From Mycoplasma mycoides subsp. capri (GTDB lineage: Bacteria > Bacillota_I > Bacilli_A > Mycoplasmatales > Mycoplasmataceae): a stretch of DNA of 32,000 nucleotides. The notes under the pieces are model-generated. The model was not told the DNA's origin, did not search any database, and saw only the letters and a list, made by a program, of their open reading frames with translations. The translations under genes and the position numbers were made by a program. Each line of letters starts with the position of its first letter. Positions within the stretch are counted from its first letter, which is position 1. The stretch is from NCBI RefSeq assembly GCF_018389705.1, contig NZ_CP065581.1, positions 420,001 through 452,000 of the forward strand, given 5' to 3'. This document shows, piece by piece, positions 24,910 to 32,000 of the stretch.

Positions 24910-25899
24910 ATGAATGAAAAATATCCAAACCTAGCAAAAACTATGATTAATATGTGAAACTCTAGGTTTTCAAAAACTATTCATAAAAGAGATGAAGGTT
25001 TTGCTATTAATTTTAGCCCTATTAAAATATTTTCATTTTTAAATTCAATCAATAGAAATTCAAATAAAAAATTAAAAATTAAAGAGTATAAAAATCCTAA
25101 TTTAAATTTTTGAATTTATTCATTAGATAACACTAAATTAGCTGCAAGTATTTGATTAAATGAAAAACAATCTAATAAATGAGTAATTGGAGTTCATGGA
25201 TATAATTCTAATCGTTTAGAAGTCTTATATTTAGTATGACATTATCAAAGTTTAGGTTATAATATTTTAACTTTTGATTTTAGAAATCATGGTATTAGTG
25301 ATTCTAATTGTATTACTTGAGGTTATAAAGAAAAATGAGATTTAATTTCAGTAATCAATTGGTTAATCAAACATTATGATGTTGAATTAATTGGACTAGT
25401 TGGAACTAGTATGGGTGCTTTTACAACTAATTATTTTTTACTAACTGAAAATGAATTAATAAAAAAAGCAAACATTAAATGAGCAATTTCAGATTCATCA
25501 TATATGTCAGTTAAAAACCTTTTACAAAGAATGATTAAAGATTATTCTCCTAAATTTTTATCTAATCTTTCAAAGGATGTTTTAGATGACATATTAGAAA
25601 TTTATAAAAATGAATATGAAGTTGATTTAACTAAACTTGATTTTGTTGATTTAATTACAATTAATACTACTTATATTCCAGTTTTATATATTCATAATCG
25701 TTTAGATAAAGTCACTAGTTATCTAGATAGTTTTAGAATGTATCAAATGAAAAATAATATTGAAAATAGCTTTGATAATCAAATTGAAATTTATGATCAT
25801 GGCTCACATCATACAAAATCAATTATTGAATTTGAAAATGAATATATAACTAAAAGTTTAAATTTTGTTAAATTACATCAAAAGACCCATCATAACTAA
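24910..25899 (+). CDS. Alpha/beta-fold hydrolase (329 aa)
   Basis: ATG at 24910, same frame as track ORF 25504-25899, joined through many TGA codons. It contains VIGVHGYNSN, the nucleophile elbow GTSMG, and candidate Asp (HNRLDKV) and His (DHGSHH) residues in the order of a Ser-Asp-His triad. Confidence 0.75.
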
Positions 25900-26033
25900 T
25901 TTAACAAAATCGTTTTATCATAATAAAATAGTTGTCTATTAAATATTTATTATTTAATCAACTTGATTAACGATAATAGTTCTTATCTGCCCATTGATCT
26001 TTAAATGATCTAAAAACAAGAAAATAAAACTAG

Positions 26034-26063
26034 AAAATAAGCTTATATAAAGCTTATTTTTTT
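26034..26063. terminator. Palindromic, potentially bidirectional rho-independent terminator
   Basis: ataagctt (26037-26044) pairs with aagcttat (26050-26057). An A-run lies on the 5' side and a T-run (26057-26063) on the 3' side. It sits about 135 nt after the hydrolase stop. Confidence 0.65.
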
Positions 26064-26264
26064 ATCTAATATTTAAAGATTATTTTATTAATTTCATAAA
26101 CATATTTAATAACAAATTAATTGCCTACATATTATGATTTTTTCTAATAAAAATGTTTATGAAAAGAAATAAAACTAGTAATACTATAAATGCTATTTAT
26201 AAACATCAATAATAAGAGACTATCTGAATGTTTAATAAAATATCTAACTAAATAATCAAATAAA

Positions 26265-26293
26265 TAGACAATAAGTCTAATTTAATATAAAAT
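26265..26293 (+). promoter_or_regulatory. Candidate promoter of the ileS T-box leader
   Basis: TAGACA (26265-26270), a 17-nt spacer, then TAAAAT (26288-26293). It lies about 10 nt upstream of the first predicted leader helix. Confidence 0.4.
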
Positions 26294-26302
26294 ATTTTTA
26301 TC

Positions 26303-26533
26303 ATAAAAAGACACATTTTATAAATAAACTTTTTACAGAGAGCTAATGGTTGGTGAAAATTAGTAAAAGAATTTATAAAATATCACTTTTTATTTCCAAA
26401 AAAGAAAAGCTATAGCTGAGTAGAATTTTGCGGTTGTCACGTTAAAACTATAAAGATGAATTATAATAATATTTTTATAATTTAATTAGGATGGTACCGC
26501 GGTAAATCGCTCCTTTTGGAGTGATTTTTTTGT
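26303..26533 (+). promoter_or_regulatory. T-box riboswitch leader (Ile specifier) with terminator/antiterminator
   Basis: Stem I elements are AGAGA (26337-26341), GGTGAAA (26352-26358) and AGTA (26362-26365). The helix ttttataaat (26316-26325) pairs with atttataaaa (26371-26380). The ATC codon (26382-26384) is followed by A in the specifier position. The T-box sequence AATTAGGATGGTACCGCGG spans 26484-26502. The terminator atcgctcc/ggagtgat plus a T-run spans 26506-26531. Confidence 0.85.
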
Positions 26534-26553
26534 TTTTAGAAAGGAAAAAATAT

Positions 26554-29301
26554 ATGTCAAATAAATATAAAGATACTTTATTAATAGGTCAAACTGATTT
26601 TGATATGCGTGCTAATTTGAATCAAAAAGAACCTAAATTTGAACAGTTTTGACAAGAAAATCAAATCTATAATAAAAAATTAAAATTAAATGAAAATAAA
26701 AAAGTTTTTGTTTTACATGATGGTCCACCTTATGCAAATGGAGATTTACATATAGGACATGCTTTAAATAAAACTTTAAAAGATTTTATTATTAGATTTA
26801 AAAACGCAACTGGATATTATGCTCCTTTTATTATGGGATGAGACACTCATGGTTTACCTATTGAAAGTGCTGTTACTAAAATGGGTGTTGATCGTAAATC
26901 TATGAGTAGTGTTGCTTTTAGAGAACTTTGTTATAAATATGCTTTAGAACAAGTTTCAAATCAAGCAAACCAATTTAATCGCTTAGGAATGTTTACTGAT
27001 TATGATACTAAATATGTAACTTTAACTCATGACTTTGAAATGTCTGAATTAAGATTATTTGAAAAAATGTATCAAAAAGGTTTAATTTATAAAGATCTAA
27101 AACCTATTTATTGATCACCATCAAGTGAATCTGCTTTAGCTGATTCTGAAATTATTTATAAAGATATAACTTCTCCTTCAATTTATGTAGGTTGTGATGT
27201 TATTAATAGTGATGAATTTAAAAATACTCAATTAATTATTTGAACAACAACTCCATGAACTTTACCATCAAATCAATTAATTGCAGTTGGTTCAAAAATT
27301 AAATATAGTTTAATTCAAGTAGAAAATTCAGATAAACAATTTATTTTAGCTTCTGATTTAATAAATCAAGTATCTCAAAACATTGGTTGAGAAAATGTTA
27401 AAGTAATTAAAGAAATTGATGCTAATAAATTAGTTGGTTTAAATTATGTTCATCCATTATATGATACAAAAATCAGTAAAGTAGTTTTAGGACATCATGT
27501 TACAAGTGAATCTGGTTCAGGTTTAGTTCATATTGCTTCAGGATTTGGTGAAGATGACTTTTTAATTGCAAAACAAAATAATATTAAGCCTTTTGCTCCA
27601 ATTGATAATCAAGGTAAATTTACAACTGAAATTAGTGATTTAGATCCACAATTAGTTGGAATGTTTTATGATGATACTAATAAAATCATTACTAAAAAAT
27701 TAGAAGAAAATAAAAAATTATTAAAACTAAAATTTTTAACTCACTCATATCCACATGACTGAAGAACTAAAAAACCAGTTATTTATAGATGTACTTTACA
27801 ATGATTTGTTAATTTAGCTCCAGTTAAAAATGAAATTTTAAAAAATGTTGATCAAATCAATACTCATCCAAAATGAGCTAAAAAACGTTTATATCAAGTT
27901 TTAGATGAAAGAACTGATTGAACTATTTCTCGTCAAAGATTATGAGGAGTTCCAATTATTGCTTTTTATGATCAAAATAATAATTTAGTTTTAAATGAAC
28001 AAATTTTAAATTATGCAATTAATAAAATTGAACAAGTTGGAACTAATGCTTGATTTAGTTTAGATGCTGATGAATTTTTACCAGATGAATATAAAAATAA
28101 ATCTTTAAAAAAAGAAAAAGACATTTTAGATGTGTGATTTGATTCAGGAAGCAGTGCAATTGCTTTAAGTCAAAAATATCCAAATTTAAAATTACCATAT
28201 GATATGTATTTAGAAGGAAATGATCAGTATCGTGGTTGATTTAATGCATCAATGATTAATTCAACTATTTATTCAAACACTTCTCCATATAAACAATTAG
28301 TCTCACATGGAATGACAACTGATGAAAAGGGAAATAAAATGTCTAAATCACTTGGTAATGGAGTTGATCCAATTGCTTTTGCAAATGATCTAGGTGCTGA
28401 TATTTTAAGATTATGAGTTGCATCAACTGATTTTACTGATGATCAAAAAATTGGAAAAGAAATTATTAAACAAATTAGTGAATCATATAGAAAAATTAGA
28501 AATACTATGCGTTTTATTTTAGCTAATTTAAATGATTTTAATGTTAAAACTGATTATCAAACTAAATTAAGTGAAGTTGATATGTATAGTTTATTTAATC
28601 TAACTAGTTTTAAAAATAAAGTAATTCAAGCTTATGAAGAATTAAACTTTAGTTTAGTTTATACATTAGTTATGAATTATGTAACTAAGAATTTATCTGC
28701 TTTTTATTTAGATTTTATTAAAGATATTTTATATATTAATAGTAAAAATGACTTAAGAAGAAAACAAGTGCAAACTGTTTTATATGAACAATTGTATTGT
28801 TTGATTGATGTTTTAAGACCAATTTTAGTACATACAATTGAAGAAGTTTATCAAAATCTAAATGATAATAATAAAGTTGAATCAGTTCATCTATTAGATA
28901 ATAAAGAACAAAACTTTGTTTATGATAAAGAGTTTATCAATAAATGAGATCAAGTAATGATTTTAAGAGATGATGTTAATAAAGCTTTAGAAATTAGTAG
29001 AGAAAATAAAATTATTAATAAAGGATTTGAAGCTGTTGTTAATATTAAATTAGATAAAGAATATGATGATTTAAAAAATATTAAAGATTTAAGTCAAATT
29101 TTTATTGTTAATAGTATTAATTTTGTAGATAATATTGATAATAGTTTTATTAAAACAAATATCTCATCAATTAAAGTTGAACAAAAACAAGGATTAAAAT
29201 GTCAAAGATGTTGACAAATTTTTGATAATTTAATTGATGATGAAATTTGTAATCATTGTAATAACGTAGTTAAATCATTATTGGAGACAAAATGTGAATA
29301 A
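26554..29301 (+). CDS. ileS: Isoleucine--tRNA ligase (915 aa)
   Basis: ATG at 26554. Contains [16 protein letters not shown] (HIGH) and [11 protein letters not shown] (KMSKS). The C-terminal zinc motif reads CQRCW(TGA)Q...CNHC. Track fragments 26881-27114, 28507-28947 and 28957-29214 share one frame. Stop TAA at 29299-29301. Confidence 0.96.
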
Positions 29302-29900
29302 AAGATAAATTAGTAGAGACAAAAGTTTTTTTAAAAAATCACAATTATCTTTGAAAATTCAAACTAATAGTATGTTTGCCTATTTTTATAAGTTTAATTA
29401 GTTTTGATTGAATTTCAAAAGCTATTGTTGTAAGTCATATGAAATTAGGAGAAACTAAAACGTTTATTAGTGGGTTTTTAAACTTTCAGTATGTGATCAA
29501 TCTTGGAATGGCTTATGGTAAGTTACACGATAAAGCTTATTTAGTCATTATTTTTGCAACAATTTTTAGTTTATTTTTAACAACAATCTTTATTTTTTTA
29601 AATAATAAAAAATGATTAATTGTTTTAATAATTATTTTAGCTGGTTCTTGAGGAAATTTATTAGCTAGATTATGAGCTCCAGGTAATGAAAATAATGTAT
29701 ATTATGGAGTTGTTGATTTTTTAACTTGAGATTTTAGTTTATTTAATTCAAGAGATTATGTATTTAATTTAGCTGATTTGTATGTCAATATTGCAATTGG
29801 TTTAACAATTTTATTTACTATTATTGAATTAGTTTTATATATAAAAAGTAAAATTAAAACAAAAAAAGAAAAAATAGAAAATGAACAAAATAACTCTTAA
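29292..29900 (+). CDS. lspA: Lipoprotein signal peptidase II (202 aa)
   Basis: ATG at 29292 overlaps the ileS end by 10 nt. Four hydrophobic segments are present. Signal peptidase II signatures are VINLGMAYG, GVVDFLTW and FNLADLYVNI. It is entirely missed by the standard-code track because of frequent TGA codons. Confidence 0.85.
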
Positions 29901-30813
29901 TTCACTAAATACAACTTTAAGATTAGATAAATTACTAGTTGAATTATTAACTAGTTATGATTATTCAAGAAGCTATATTCAAAAACTAATTAAAGAAGAA
30001 TGTATTAGTGTTAATAATCAAATTATTACTAATAATAATTTTGTAGTTAAACCAAATTCTGAAATCACAATTACTATAAAAGATCCTATTTTAGATCCAA
30101 ATTTAGTTAAAAATGATGAGATTGATTTAGATATTATTTATCAAGATGATGATTTATTAGTGATTAATAAACAAAATAATATTACAGTTCATCCAAGTTT
30201 AAATAATACAAATAATACAATTGTTAATGCTTTATTAGCAAGTGATGTTGAACTTTCATCAATTAATGGTGAACTACGCCCTGGAATTGTGCATAGAATT
30301 GATAAACAAACAACAGGTTTATTAATTGTTGCAAAAAATGATAAAACTCATAAATTATTAAGTGAAATGTTTAAAAATCATCAAATTTATAAAGAATATT
30401 TAGCAATTGTCACTGGAGTAATTAAACCAAATAAAGGTTTAATTGATGCTCCAATTGGTAGAAGTCAAATTGATCGTAAAAAAATGAGTGTAACAGCTAA
30501 AAATTCAAAACAAGCGATTACAACTTTTGAAGTAGTTGAACGATTTTTAAAAAATACTTTAGTTAAATGTCAGATTCAAACTGGAAGAACTCATCAAATT
30601 AGAGTACATTTTAACTATATTAATCACCCCGTTTTAAATGATCCAGTTTATGGTAAAAAACACCAAGAATTTACTGATTTTGGTCAATATCTTCATGCTT
30701 ATAAATTAAAGTTTACTCATCCAATTACAAAAAAAGAAATTGAATTAATATCACCTCTTCCTAAAGAATTTGATGATAAAATTAAAGAATTAAGGGGTGA
30801 AAATAATGACTAA
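29881..30813 (+). CDS. rluD: RluA-family 23S rRNA pseudouridine synthase (RluD-like, 310 aa)
   Basis: Uninterrupted ORF with an N-terminal S4-like domain. The catalytic motif is GIVHRIDKQTTGLLIVAK, followed by GRTHQIRVH. The start overlaps the lspA end by 20 nt. Confidence 0.9.
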   Translation: MNKITLNSLNTTLRLDKLLVELLTSYDYSRSYIQKLIKEECISVNNQIITNNNFVVKPNSEITITIKDPILDPNLVKNDEIDLDIIYQDDDLLVINKQNNITVHPSLNNTNNTIVNALLASDVELSSINGELRPGIVHRIDKQTTGLLIVAKNDKTHKLLSEMFKNHQIYKEYLAIVTGVIKPNKGLIDAPIGRSQIDRKKMSVTAKNSKQAITTFEVVERFLKNTLVKCQIQTGRTHQIRVHFNYINHPVLNDPVYGKKHQEFTDFGQYLHAYKLKFTHPITKKEIELISPLPKEFDDKIKELRGENND

Positions 30814-32000
30814 TTCTTCTACTAGTGATAAAAAGACTTTAGAAAACTTTTTTATTAAGAACTTTAAGTATAAGTTATTAAAATCTAAAGTTAATTCTAG
30901 TGTAAGTTATTTATATAGTTCTAATGAAAAACACCAAGTGATTATTTTAAATTTTGATAATAGTATTTCATTTGAAAAAGAAAAAGAATATATTATTAAA
31001 AAAGTTGAAAAACAAATAAAAAAACCTGTGAGTGTTTTTCATATTGTAATTGATAATGATAATCAACTAACTACAAAATCTAATTTAATTGTTTTACACT
31101 CTTCAATACAAACTCTAGCTACTGATTTAGAGCCATATTTTAAAAATACTAATTTATTAGTTTTTAATCACACAATTGATAATGAACTAAAAGATGATAA
31201 ACAACCTAGTGAAGAAACTAATAATAAATTATTTACAAGCTTTTTAGAAAACGTTAAAAATAATAAAATTACATTTTCTTGAGCAGTATTATTAATTCTA
31301 ATTTTAATTCCTAGTATGTTACAAATTGTTGGGTATTTTATTTTAGAAACTAATCCAAACAGTAAAAATGTTTTAATTTTAGCTTTTGGTGGAACTAATT
31401 GAAATTTAACAATTGTTGGAAAACAGTGATGAAGAATCTTTACTTATGGAATTGCTCCAATTAAACAAAATGGATTAATTGTTGATATTTTAAGTTTATT
31501 AATTTTAGGAACTAGTTTTTTTAGCATTTCAAAAATTACTGAAATCCAATTAGCAAATACTAAAAAACTAATTTTAGTTACAATATTAAGTTATTTAATT
31601 TTAGGATTATTTTCAAGTAGTGTCTTACCAACAATTTATACTGGTGGACTAATTAGTACAATGGGAATATTTATTGGTGTTTTACTAATTGATGTTTCTG
31701 GTTCAACTACTCCTATGGCTAAATTTAGTCAAGCTAAAACTGTAGTTTATATTTTAATTTTAATTGGATTTTCATTCTTTTTAGGTGATGGTTGAACTGG
31801 GTTATTAATTACTGGAACAGCTGTTATATTAGGAAGTGCTTTTTGAGGAATATTAAAAGTTAATATAAAAGAATGAGCTTGAATTCAATATGTTCATATT
31901 TTTTTAATCTTAGCAATTTTAGCTATTAGTTTAACTTTTATTTTCTTACCTCATCTAACTCCTGCTTTAGATCAACATATCTTAATAACTCTTTCAACTT
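30806..32000 (+). CDS. Polytopic membrane protein: about 155-aa soluble N-terminal domain plus a rhomboid-like TM core (3' end outside the window)
   Basis: ATG at 30806 is preceded by AAGGGGTG; the track's start at 30797 is a GTG. The frame continues through TGA codons to the window edge. At least six hydrophobic segments follow residue about 155. A QWWRIFTYG motif lies at 31424-31450, with WW encoded by TGA-TGA. Confidence 0.7.

Noticed and set aside
26144-26206. A 20-codon hydrophobic minus-strand micro-ORF in the hydrolase-ileS gap
   Set aside because: No SD or promoter that I can support, and a chance occurrence is likely. It is kept only as a note within the finding on the non-coding gap.
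25934-26273. A 9-bp inverted repeat, ttgtctatt (25934-25942) and aatagacaa (26265-26273), about 330 nt apart, as possible remnant element termini
   Set aside because: It is too short for AT-rich DNA. The right copy is better explained as part of the ileS promoter -35 region (TAGACA). No target-site duplication or transposase remnant is present.

Overview
The window reads as a Mollicutes chromosome segment translated with genetic code 4 (TGA = Trp). The non-rRNA DNA is very AT-rich. By recall, the 16S rRNA and the gene order look like the Mycoplasma mycoides/capricolum cluster; I did not run a search to confirm this. The supplied ORF track uses the standard code, so it splits most genes at in-frame TGA codons. 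I rejoined those fragments by checking frame continuity by eye.

Every gene I can support lies on the + strand:
- dnaJ (3' part), rpsB, tsf, a small membrane protein, pyrH, frr and argS
- one complete rRNA operon (16S-23S-5S) with no tRNA in the spacer
- a roughly 1480-aa permease with two FtsX-type modules, followed by a 202-aa unknown protein
- pheS, pheT, yceD-like and rpmF
- a wall-less-type division cluster: mraZ, rsmH, a divergent ftsA-like gene, ftsZ, sepF and an alpha/beta hydrolase
- a T-box leader, then ileS, lspA, rluD, and a polytopic membrane protein truncated by the window edge

I found no CRISPR array, IS or transposase, integrase, phage gene, restriction-modification system or toxin-antitoxin pair. 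I cannot defend calling anything here a clearly new system.

The items most worth follow-up are:
- the orphan fused double-FtsX permease with two very large extracytoplasmic domains and no adjacent ATPase
- the FtsA-like protein whose actin-fold nucleotide-binding motifs look degenerate and which lacks a C-terminal membrane tail
- a rhomboid-like membrane protein that appears to lack the catalytic Ser and His
- the AGTGG repeats (putative MraZ operator) upstream of mraZ
- an Ile-specific T-box upstream of ileS
- about 365 nt of unexplained non-coding DNA upstream of the ileS promoter

RNA ends and regulatory-site coordinates are approximate (about +/-5 nt).
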